In this document: piece after piece, positions 56,670 to 64,000 of the stretch
Numbering within the stretch: the stretch's first letter is position 1
Layout: every line of letters begins with the position of its first letter
Source of the DNA: Candidatus Cloacimonadota bacterium
GTDB lineage: Bacteria; Cloacimonadota; Cloacimonadia; G963667145
DNA: 64,000 nucleotides
Direction: 5' to 3'
NCBI GenBank assembly: GCA_963676615.1
Contig: OY781092.1
Coordinates: 1,427,093 to 1,491,092, forward strand
Made by a program: the position numbers and the translations under genes
Notes under the pieces: model-generated
Databases searched by the model: none
The model's input: only the letters and a program-made list of their open reading frames with translations
What the model was told of the DNA's origin: nothing

Positions 56670-57986
56670 ATGAAAAAGATTGTCAAAGGCGAGATTTTCT
56701 TTTTTACGGACGCTCCTTCTGCAGAAAAAAATCCGCAAGATTTTAGCGTTTATCTGCCGAGCGGGGCGATGTGCATCGAGGACGGCTACATTTTGGAAGT
56801 GGGAGACAGCCGAGAAATCGAGGCGAAATTTCCAGATACGAGGGTAATCGATTACGGCGAAAACCTGATAACACCGGGCTTTATCGACACGCACATTCAC
56901 TATCCGCAAACCCAGATGATCGGCTCATACGGCAAACAGCTGATCGACTGGTTGCAAAATTACACTTTCCCGATGGAGAGCCAATTTGCCGATGCGGACT
57001 ACGCCAAAAAAATCGCTAAGATTTTTATCAAGGAGCTATTTCGTTACGGGACAACGACTTGTATGTGCTACGCTTCTGTTCATCCGCAGTCGGCACAGGC
57101 GATTTTTGAGGTCGCCTCGCAGTTCAATATGCGGATTATTGCGGGGAAAGTTCTGATGGACTGCAACTGTCCAGAATGTTTGGTGGACAGCAAAAATTAC
57201 AAGCAGCAGACGCAGGCTTTGATCGACAGATGGCACGGCAGAGGCAGGGCGCTGTATGCGATAACCCCGCGGTTTGCGCTGTCTTGTTCGCGGGAGCAGC
57301 TGGAAGTTTCGGGGCAGTTGTTGTGCGAAAATCCTGGCGTTTATTTGCAGACGCATCTCTCGGAAAACCAGCTGGAGGTGCAAACTGCTTTGCAGATGTA
57401 TCCCGAATGTGCGGACTATCTGGAGATTTACGAAAAATATGGGCTGCTATCTCGCAGGTCGGTTTTTGCTCACGGAATCTACCTGAGCGACGACGAACTG
57501 GGCAGAATTGCCGCAGCGGGAGCGACGATAGCGCACTCTCCGACCTCCAACATTTACTTAGGCAGCGGACTTTTTGAGATGGGCAGAGCCAACAAATTTG
57601 GCGTGCAGACGACGATTGCCACTGATGTGGGAGCTGGCACGAGTTTTTCGCTGCTACGGACGATGAACGAAGCCTACAAAATTCAGCAGCTTGGCGGCTA
57701 TCCGATGAACGCTTACGAGAGTTTTTACAAAACGACGCTCGGCGCCGCCAGAGCCTTGCAGATTGACGATAAAATCGGGTCGCTGCAAAAAGGCAAAGAG
57801 GCGGATTTTGTTGTGCTGAGCTATAAAAAGCCGAATTTGCAGCGGTTGCGAACGGAATATTTGCAAAAACAGGAGAAATGGGATGTGGAAAAAATGTTGT
57901 TTGGGTTGCAGATTTTGGGTGACGACAGGAATGTTTTGGCGACTTATATTATGGGCGAAAAAATCGAGATAGAAGATGAAATTTAA
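56670..57986 (+). CDS. guaD: guanine deaminase (amidohydrolase superfamily)
   Basis: PGFIDTHIHYPQ metal-binding motif. 438 aa. Confidence 0.75.
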   Translation: MKKIVKGEIFFFTDAPSAEKNPQDFSVYLPSGAMCIEDGYILEVGDSREIEAKFPDTRVIDYGENLITPGFIDTHIHYPQTQMIGSYGKQLIDWLQNYTFPMESQFADADYAKKIAKIFIKELFRYGTTTCMCYASVHPQSAQAIFEVASQFNMRIIAGKVLMDCNCPECLVDSKNYKQQTQALIDRWHGRGRALYAITPRFALSCSREQLEVSGQLLCENPGVYLQTHLSENQLEVQTALQMYPECADYLEIYEKYGLLSRRSVFAHGIYLSDDELGRIAAAGATIAHSPTSNIYLGSGLFEMGRANKFGVQTTIATDVGAGTSFSLLRTMNEAYKIQQLGGYPMNAYESFYKTTLGAARALQIDDKIGSLQKGKEADFVVLSYKKPNLQRLRTEYLQKQEKWDVEKMLFGLQILGDDRNVLATYIMGEKIEIEDEI

Positions 57987-58004
57987 CTTGAAATTGGAGG
58001 AAAG

Positions 58005-58979
58005 ATGTTTTTGACTGGCGATCAGATGAAGAAAGTCATCCTGAAGGCGAGGAAAGAGAAGTTTGGAATTATCGCGTCGAATGTGGTGTTCGACACTTCT
58101 GTGCGGGCGATGATTCAGGGGTATGCCGCGATGGAAGCGGACGGATTGTTGCAGATTTCTGCGGGAGCGTGCAAGTATGCGGCTGGACCGACGAAAGATT
58201 TGTTGGCTGGAGCGAAGTTTATTTCCGATATGGTGAAAAATATCGCCGCACAATACGGCAAGAGTGGCGTGGGTTTGAATATCGATCACGGTGCGCCCAA
58301 AGATTTTGATTTTATTGTGCATTGCATCGAGAACGGTCTGGTGTCGAATGTGATGATCGACGCTTCGCACGAAGATTTTGAGGAGAATGTGCGAATTACC
58401 AAAGAGGTTGTGGCGGTTGCGCACAAGCATAATGTATTGGTGGAAGGCGAGATAGGCTACATCAAGGGGAACGAGGACGAGCTGGTGAGCGAGGGCGAGC
58501 TTTACACAAATCCGCAAGAGGCGCTGGAGTTTGTGCAAAAGACGGGCGTTGACCTTTTTGCGGCTTCTGTGGGGACGAATCACGGCGTGACCAAAGGCGC
58601 AGATGTTGTTTTGCGGCTGGAGCTTATCAAGGAGATCGACGATCTTTTGGCGGCGAATAATTTGGATGCGGGCTTGGTGCTACACGGTGCTTCGGGACTG
58701 ACGGTTAAACAGCAGCAGGACGCAGTGGCAAACGGCGTGGTCAAGATTAACAAAGACACTCGCTATCAGATGGAAATCGCCGCTGCCGTGCAAGCTTATT
58801 GGGAGGCGGAAAAAGACGCAATCGTTTGTCCTGCGGGCGTCGATGCGAAAAAATACACGCCAGACAAGGGCAGATTTGATCCCAGAAAATGGCTGGTCAA
58901 AGGCGAAAATGCGATGCAGGCGGCGGTCGAGAGTTTGGTCGAAATCGCAGGAGCAAAGGGCTCTTCAATACTTTTGTAA
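58005..58979 (+). CDS. fba: class II fructose-1,6-bisphosphate aldolase
   Basis: NIDHGA, HGASG and EGEIG motifs of zinc-dependent class II aldolases. Confidence 0.85.
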   Translation: MFLTGDQMKKVILKARKEKFGIIASNVVFDTSVRAMIQGYAAMEADGLLQISAGACKYAAGPTKDLLAGAKFISDMVKNIAAQYGKSGVGLNIDHGAPKDFDFIVHCIENGLVSNVMIDASHEDFEENVRITKEVVAVAHKHNVLVEGEIGYIKGNEDELVSEGELYTNPQEALEFVQKTGVDLFAASVGTNHGVTKGADVVLRLELIKEIDDLLAANNLDAGLVLHGASGLTVKQQQDAVANGVVKINKDTRYQMEIAAAVQAYWEAEKDAIVCPAGVDAKKYTPDKGRFDPRKWLVKGENAMQAAVESLVEIAGAKGSSILL

Positions 58980-58993
58980 GAAAAAAACGAAGA

Positions 58994-59026
58994 AACGAAG
59001 GTAAAGAAATTTGCCTTCGTTTTGTT
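58994..59026 (+). terminator. rho-independent terminator after fba
   Basis: aacgaagg (58994-59001) pairs with ccttcgtt (59014-59021), followed by ttgttc. Confidence 0.5.
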
Positions 59027-59051
59027 CATAAAATAAAAGGCTAAAAAAAAG

Positions 59052-60812
59052 ATGAATTTACAATATATGAAACTGCAGATTTTGGCGATTGGTTTGATTG
59101 TGCTGGCTGGATATTTGGGTGGAGTGCTGGCTAAAAAGCTCAAAATCGGCGAAGTTATCGGGCAGATGCTTGGGGGAGTGTTGGTCGGTCCACACCTGCT
59201 CAAAGCAGTGCTAGCGTATTTCGGCGACGCTCAAAATTTGCCTGCGCTGCTGCAAGGCGTGCACCATTTCGTCCACACCGACGGCTTTCACTCCTACGAG
59301 TCGATAATCGAGAGCTTCCACTTTTTCGTCTTTATGTTTTTGGGACTGATCGCCTTTTCGCTGGGCGAGGAGCTGCACCTAGACAGGCTCAAAGAGGTCG
59401 GCTTTTCCGCGGTAACGATTTGCCTCGTGCAAGGCGTAATCACCTTTGTCGCCCTGAGCGTGCCGTTCTACTTCTTCTTCGATTTTTCCCTGATCAACTC
59501 CCTGATAATCGGCTCGATCGGCATCGCCACAGCGCCGGCGCTCACCTTCATCCTGATGCGAAAACTCCGAGTCGAGGGCAAGCTAAAAAATTTGCTGGCA
59601 AATGTGGTGGTTTTGGACGACCTAATGGAGGTGATTTTCTTCTCGATTTTTTTGGGAATCGCCGTCTATTTGCAGATGGGGAAAGAGGTTAGCTTCTTGG
59701 CTCTGGGTGAGCATTTGCTCATCGAAATATTTTTGGCGCTACTATTGGGCTTGATAATTTTTGTGCTAATTTTCATCTTTTTGCGAGGCAGAACCTCCTC
59801 CGACGAAACGAAATCGGACAAAGACGATAGATTTTTATCCACATTTTTGTCCGACCATCCGACGCCGTCTGTCGAGGTGCTTTTGTTCATCATTGGAGTG
59901 GTCTCAGTCGGCATCGCTCTTAGCATTCACTTAGATTTGCCATTTTTGATAACGGCGATTTTTGCGGGATTTTTGGTGGCAAATCTGCACTATCACGCCA
60001 TTTTTGACTCGCTGAAAATCGACAATGTGATGCCAATTTTTAACCTGCTTTTTTTTGCGATAATCGGCGCATCGATTCAGCTGGAGAGCTTTTCTTGGGC
60101 GACCATTGGCTTTTCGCTTTCGTATGTAGTTCTGCGCAGTGCGGGCAAGCTCGTCGGCAACCATTTGGGCACGAAATACACCGGGCAAGACCCGATGATT
60201 GTGGCGTTTTTCCCAAAGCTGATGTTGCCGCAAGCTGGAATGGCGGCTGTGGAGACGATTTTGGTGGCGACTGTGCTGGCAGATAGCGGCGGCGACACGA
60301 TTTTCAACATCATTATTCCTGCGCTGGTGATTTTTGAGGTTGGCGGAGCGCTGCTCTCGGAGCGGACTTTGATTAAGTGGAAAAATTGGACGATTGGCGA
60401 AAAAGATGCGTATTGTCAATCGAGCGCCAAGCAAAATTGTAAGCTGGATTTTTTGAATAGCCGAGAGCTTTTTTTGCAGGCGAATAGCGAAAAAGAGGTG
60501 CTGGAATGCGGGCTGGAGTGCTTGCGGAGTCAGGGGGTCGTGCGAGACGACAACTACGACGAAATTTTGAGCTCGCTTTTGGCGCGGGAAAAGCTCTCTT
60601 CGACTTATATGGACAAGCAGGTCGCGATTCCGCATTGCCGATTGGACGAGCTCGACCAGCCGTATTTGGTCAAAATTGTTTTGCAAAAGCCGCTGGTTTG
60701 GGACAAAAAGCAGAACATTGTCAGCCAAGTTTTTTTGATTTTGACGGGCGCGAAAGACCCGAAACAACATTTACAAGCGATAAGGGCGATAGCCTCTTCA
60801 TTGCAAGAATAG
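59052..60812 (+). CDS. Cation:proton antiporter (CPA / Na+-H+ exchanger family) fused to a C-terminal PTS EIIA-type-2 (PtsN-like) regulatory domain
   Basis: About 400 aa of polytopic membrane domain, then a domain with VAIPHCRLDELDQPYLVKIVLQKPLVW..VFLILTGAK (EIIA-2 His motif). Confidence 0.75.
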   Translation: MNLQYMKLQILAIGLIVLAGYLGGVLAKKLKIGEVIGQMLGGVLVGPHLLKAVLAYFGDAQNLPALLQGVHHFVHTDGFHSYESIIESFHFFVFMFLGLIAFSLGEELHLDRLKEVGFSAVTICLVQGVITFVALSVPFYFFFDFSLINSLIIGSIGIATAPALTFILMRKLRVEGKLKNLLANVVVLDDLMEVIFFSIFLGIAVYLQMGKEVSFLALGEHLLIEIFLALLLGLIIFVLIFIFLRGRTSSDETKSDKDDRFLSTFLSDHPTPSVEVLLFIIGVVSVGIALSIHLDLPFLITAIFAGFLVANLHYHAIFDSLKIDNVMPIFNLLFFAIIGASIQLESFSWATIGFSLSYVVLRSAGKLVGNHLGTKYTGQDPMIVAFFPKLMLPQAGMAAVETILVATVLADSGGDTIFNIIIPALVIFEVGGALLSERTLIKWKNWTIGEKDAYCQSSAKQNCKLDFLNSRELFLQANSEKEVLECGLECLRSQGVVRDDNYDEILSSLLAREKLSSTYMDKQVAIPHCRLDELDQPYLVKIVLQKPLVWDKKQNIVSQVFLILTGAKDPKQHLQAIRAIASSLQE

Positions 60813-60824
60813 GAGTGGTAAGTT

Positions 60825-61920
60825 ATGGAAATGCAAGAGTTTAGAGAGAAGGCAAACGAGCTGATTTTGAAAGCTGAGCAACTCGGGAGGTTGGTTTGAC
60901 TCGCAAGAGCTAGGCAAAAAAGTGACGGAACTGGAGCAGCAAACTTTGCAGGCGGATTTTTGGGATAACGCCCAAAAAGCGCAAAAAATTGTTAAGCAGC
61001 TGAATATCCTCAAGACGCAGCAGGAGGAGACCGCGAACCTTTTTGCTATTGCCGACGATTTGCGGGTGTATCTGCAGATGCTGGCGGAGGATGCGGGTTT
61101 GCTGGCTGAGGCGAGCGGCGAGATTGCGCAGTGGGAAAAGTTTTTGCAGGAACAGGAGATAAAGACTTTGCTTTCGGGCGAGTTGGATTCTGGCGATGCG
61201 ATTTTGACGATTAACCCCGGAGCTGGCGGCACCGAGAGCCAAGATTGGGCAGAGATGCTTTTGCGGATGTATCTGCGCTGGGCGGAACAGCGGGATTTTA
61301 AGGCGGAAATTGTTGAGCTGCAGCCGGGCGACGAAGCGGGCATAAAGAGCGCCACGCTGGAGATTAAGGGGCAATTTGCCTACGGTTATTTGGCTTGTGA
61401 GGCTGGCATTCATCGCCTTGTGCGGATTTCGCCGTTTAATGCGCAGGGCAAGCGGCAGACATCGTTTGCGTCGGTTTTTGCCTATCCGCTGGTGGACGAT
61501 CAAATCGAAGTGGATATCGACCCCAGCGATTTGCGGATCGACACCTATCGAGCTTCGGGTAAAGGCGGACAGTGCGTCAACACGACCGATTCTGCCGTGC
61601 GAATCACTCACTTGCCCACGGGAATCGTGGTGCAGTGCCAAAACGAGCGGAGCCAGCTAAAAAACAAAGATCACGCGATGAAGATTTTGAAGTCGCGGCT
61701 CTATCAACATTATTTGCAGGAGAAGCAAAAAGAGAGTAAAGAGCTGGAGAGCACCAAGACCGAAATCGGCTGGGGCAACCAAATTCGCTCCTATGTTTTT
61801 CATCCGTATCAGATGGTCAAAGATCACCGCACCAAGTTCGAGGTCAAAAACACCGACAAGGTGATGAACGGCGATTTGGACGGCTTTATCCAGGAGTTTT
61901 TGCGGTTTAATAAGATGTAG
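60825..61920 (+). CDS. prfB: peptide chain release factor 2 with programmed +1 ribosomal frameshift (frame 0: 60825..60899; frame +1: 60898..61920)
   Basis: The frame-0 ORF MEMQEFREKANELILKAEQLGRLV ends at TGA 60897-60899. The rest of RF2 continues in the +1 frame and carries SPF (ISPFNAQGKR) and GGQ (GKGGQCVNT). The internal SD-like GGGAGG (60885-60890) lies 3 nt before the shift codon, as in E. coli. The shift site is GTT TGA C (60894-60900) rather than the classical CTT TGA C. The start-codon RBS AGGAG is at 60811-60815. Confidence 0.9.
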
Positions 61921-61940
61921 GCAATTTTTAGGCAAAGAAA

Positions 61941-61968
61941 AAGGCAACCGATTTGGTTGCCTTTTTTT
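61941..61968. terminator. Bidirectional rho-independent terminator (prfB / convergent lipoprotein gene)
   Basis: ggcaacc-gattt-ggttgcc (61943-61961), followed by TTTTTTT and preceded by AAAAA. Confidence 0.8.
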
Positions 61969-61980
61969 GGGTTAAAATTA

Positions 61981-62502
61981 TTAGTCTTTGATGGTAATAT
62001 CAAAAGTAGCGGTTGTTCCGCCAACTACCTCAAAGACGAGCTCGTAATCTCCATTGTCCAAGCCTGAAATTTTAGAATTGGCACTGTTTTCAGAAGAAAA
62101 TACGGAAACTTGAGATTCATTAGGGAGATAGCCTTTGCTCGAAATACTGCCAGCTCCATCCCCTTCCAAATAAGTGGCAACCTTGCTTCCGCCTTTCTTT
62201 CTCAAGAAAAAATTGAAAGTGAGATTTTTTAAATCTTCGTCTCCAGAGTTATATGCTTGAAGATAGCAACCAAGATTTTTATCGCCATAAGTGGCTTTAG
62301 AAATAGAAATTATATCTTTATTGCTAATATTGCTAATGCTAGAAGCGTCATTGTCTTCCAATAAGTATGATCCTTTTTCTGTAAATTTAATGGCGTTTAA
62401 ATCTGGACCATCGTCATCGTCGTCGTTTCCGAAGATGTTACAGCCGCTGATTGCCAGAGCTAAAACGCTCAGAGCCAACATCATTTTTAAGAATTTTTTC
62501 AT
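61981..62502 (-). CDS. small lipoprotein, paralogue 1 (poly-Asp tether after the lipobox)
   Basis: MKKFLKMMLALSVLALAISGC-NIFGNDDDDDGPD. 173 aa. GGAG RBS. Confidence 0.6.
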   Translation of the reverse strand: MKKFLKMMLALSVLALAISGCNIFGNDDDDDGPDLNAIKFTEKGSYLLEDNDASSISNISNKDIISISKATYGDKNLGCYLQAYNSGDEDLKNLTFNFFLRKKGGSKVATYLEGDGAGSISSKGYLPNESQVSVFSSENSANSKISGLDNGDYELVFEVVGGTTATFDITIKD

Positions 62503-62512
62503 TTTTTCTCCT
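62422..62512. repeat. About 91-bp repeated 5' module (RBS plus signal peptide plus lipobox) shared by the two lipoprotein paralogues, copy 1
   Basis: About 93% identical to 63314-63405 by hand alignment (gtcgtttccgaagatgttacagccgctgattgccagagc.. against gtcgcttccaaagatgttacagccgctgattgccagagc..). Confidence 0.7.
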
Positions 62513-62596
62513 TATAAATTAAGATTTCTTTAACATTTTTTCAGTAATCGGCTGACCACTGGAAATTTGTCAACGATTTTTGCAAACTTTAAGCAA

Positions 62597-63394
62597 CTAC
62601 TGCTTGTCGTATGTGACCAGCCCTTCGTCGTCGAGGGTTGTCAGGATATTTTTGTCCGCCGAGAGGTAGTAGTCGTTTGTCACGGGGCCTTCGCCTGGAT
62701 CGCCGTTGTCACTCCAGGGAGAGGTAGAAGTTTCTTGCGTTTTCTCATTTGTAACAGTATAGGTGTAGGTTCTAGGCGTCGCGCTGTTGTCATATGTTAT
62801 GTCCACAGTGTATTCTGCTGAATATGGAGTGTTGTCTGGATCGGTTTGAGTGAGTGTAGCAGAGTCTGAAGCGAAAACGAGCCCTCTTGTTGCGTTGCCA
62901 AAGATAAATCCCCAGCCGTTATCGAAGATGAGGTCGCCAGAAGAGTAGCTGCTGGCTTGCTTTGAGTAAACAGATTTGTCGCCAGCTTCGTCGATGAGTG
63001 TCAGCTTGTTTCCAGAGAGGGTGTAGGTCAGCTCTAGTGTGGTAAACTCTTTTTCTAGGCTTTCCCATTCGGCGCCAAAGGTGTCTTTTGCTCGAACAGT
63101 TGGATTGCTGAGAGTGATGGTGGAGTTGTCGTAGGTGGAAGAGACCGAAGTTTCGACAATGTAGGGAGTGCTTTCGTTCTCGTTGCCGTAGTTTTTGACT
63201 TCGTTGCTCACGGTGGAGGAGCTGCCGATTATCAATATGTTGGTAATCGAGTCGCCTTTGCTTATCCAAGTTCCCGAAAGGTCGTTTTTTTCGTCGTCGT
63301 CGCTGCTACTGCTGTCGCTTCCAAAGATGTTACAGCCGCTGATTGCCAGAGCGAAAACGCTCAAAGCCAACATCATTTTTAAGAAATTCTTCAT
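62597..63394 (-). CDS. lipoprotein, paralogue 2 (Ser/Asp-rich tether; S/T/Y-rich body)
   Basis: MKNFLKMMLALSVFALAISGC-NIFGSDSSSSDDDEKND. 265 aa. The RBS and signal peptide are nearly identical to paralogue 1. Confidence 0.6.
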   Translation of the reverse strand: MKNFLKMMLALSVFALAISGCNIFGSDSSSSDDDEKNDLSGTWISKGDSITNILIIGSSSTVSNEVKNYGNENESTPYIVETSVSSTYDNSTITLSNPTVRAKDTFGAEWESLEKEFTTLELTYTLSGNKLTLIDEAGDKSVYSKQASSYSSGDLIFDNGWGFIFGNATRGLVFASDSATLTQTDPDNTPYSAEYTVDITYDNSATPRTYTYTVTNEKTQETSTSPWSDNGDPGEGPVTNDYYLSADKNILTTLDDEGLVTYDKQ

Positions 63395-63405
63395 TTTTTT
63401 ATCTC
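63314..63405. repeat. Repeated 5' lipoprotein module, copy 2
   Basis: See copy 1. Confidence 0.7.
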
Positions 63406-63571
63406 CTTTTTATTAAAAATTTCAATCCAAAAAAATGAAATCAAAAACAAAATGTCAACTGTTTTCAAAATTTTGCCCTGTCTGTTTTCCAGAGCAAATC
63501 CAATTATTATATTGACACATAAACAGATAGCGAAAATTTGGAGCTAACGATAACAATTTAAGGAGGCTGAC

Positions 63572-63841
63572 ATGGCTCTTACTAATCAAGCCAAGGAAGC
63601 AATCGTGGCAGAGTTCAAACTCCACGACGCAGACACAGGGTCGCCAGAGGTGCAAGTTGCCCTGATGACCAACAACATCAAAAATATCACGGCGCACCTG
63701 GATATTCACAAAAAAGATCACCACTCAAGAAGAGGTTTGCTTAAGTTGGTGGGCAGAAGAAGAAAACTTTTGGAATACCTCAAGGGCAAAGATATCGAAA
63801 GATACAGAGCGCTGGTAGCGAAGTTAGGTTTGAGAAAGTAG
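63572..63841 (+). CDS. rpsO: 30S ribosomal protein S15
   Basis: 89 aa with [57 protein letters not shown]. pnp presumably follows beyond the window. Confidence 0.95.
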   Translation: MALTNQAKEAIVAEFKLHDADTGSPEVQVALMTNNIKNITAHLDIHKKDHHSRRGLLKLVGRRRKLLEYLKGKDIERYRALVAKLGLRK

Positions 63842-64000
63842 AAGGGCGCAAAGCTCTTTTACTTTTCTCTTCAAATAAAAACGGACAACACTGTAAATCT
63901 TTGAAGAATAAGACAAAAAATCAGATTTTTAGCAATAATCAAAATTCTTGTTTGCTTTTTTCAGGAAGGAAGCGACGAGGATATTTGGTTATTGCTTTTT

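Noticed and set aside
54715-56909. 358-aa and 307-aa minus-strand ORFs
   Set aside because: Antisense to proA / deoC / guaD. The strong plus-strand homologies make these shadow ORFs.
57654-58583. 309-aa minus-strand ORF
   Set aside because: Antisense to guaD / fba.
59931-61641. 279-aa and 243-aa minus-strand ORFs
   Set aside because: Antisense to the antiporter and prfB.
63960-64000. caggaaggaagcgacg, resembling the 4.5S/SRP RNA domain-IV motif
   Set aside because: It lacks the flanking GGUCC / GGACC helix, and the window ends before any structure could be completed. It is more likely the pnp 5' leader.
1-64000. CRISPR arrays, IS elements / transposases, rRNA and tRNA genes
   Set aside because: No short regularly spaced repeats, no transposase-like ORFs and no rRNA-like conserved stretches were seen in any intergenic region. 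The only exact repeats are the 63-bp pair and the lipoprotein 5' module.

Overview
This 64-kb window is a chromosomal segment of a diderm anaerobe. The diderm call rests on lptC/lptA/lptB, kdsC, lolA, a BamB-like lipoprotein and lspA. The anaerobe call rests on the [FeFe]-hydrogenase maturases hydE/hydF/hydG and an Fe-S L-serine dehydratase. I call about 70 genes.

Gene orientation flips at about 39.9 kb. Almost everything to the left is on the minus strand and everything to the right is on the plus strand. dnaA (44394..45728) sits 4.5 kb right of the flip and is flanked on both sides by AT-rich tracts with DnaA-box-like 9-mers. The window therefore very likely contains the replication origin.

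The housekeeping backbone is: metG, fusA, ftsK-lolA, ychF, hpf-hprK-ptsH-ptsI, yggT-lspA, dnaA, yajC-def-kdsC-lptCAB, thyX, proA-deoC, guaD, fba, prfB, rpsO, ispD, groES, sdaA, rnhB, manC.

Several accessory or unusual elements interrupt this backbone:
- a trp-type leader peptide (two Trp codons then stop) with overlapping hairpins in front of a stand-alone trpB;
- a YhcG/DUF1016 PD-(D/E)XK nuclease gene bracketed by perfect 63-bp direct repeats that duplicate the metG leader;
- a low-GC Abi_2 (AbiD/F-like) abortive-infection gene inserted right after the rnhB terminator;
- a compact minus-strand HEPN - MNT - zinc-ribbon/pentapeptide-repeat membrane protein - 47-aa ORF cluster embedded in a block of tightly packed minus-strand genes;
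- a DegP/HtrA homologue with all three catalytic residues substituted;
- an orphan groES behind a CIRCE-like operator;
- a frameshift-split xseA;
- a tandem-duplicated ThyX;
- two PTS EIIA(Ntr)-type domains attached to ion-transport systems;
- prfB with the classical +1 programmed frameshift, but a GUU (not CUU) shift codon;
- a more than 990-aa Fn3-repeat lipoprotein whose only plausible start codon is AUC.

I did not recognise any rRNA, tRNA, CRISPR array or transposase.
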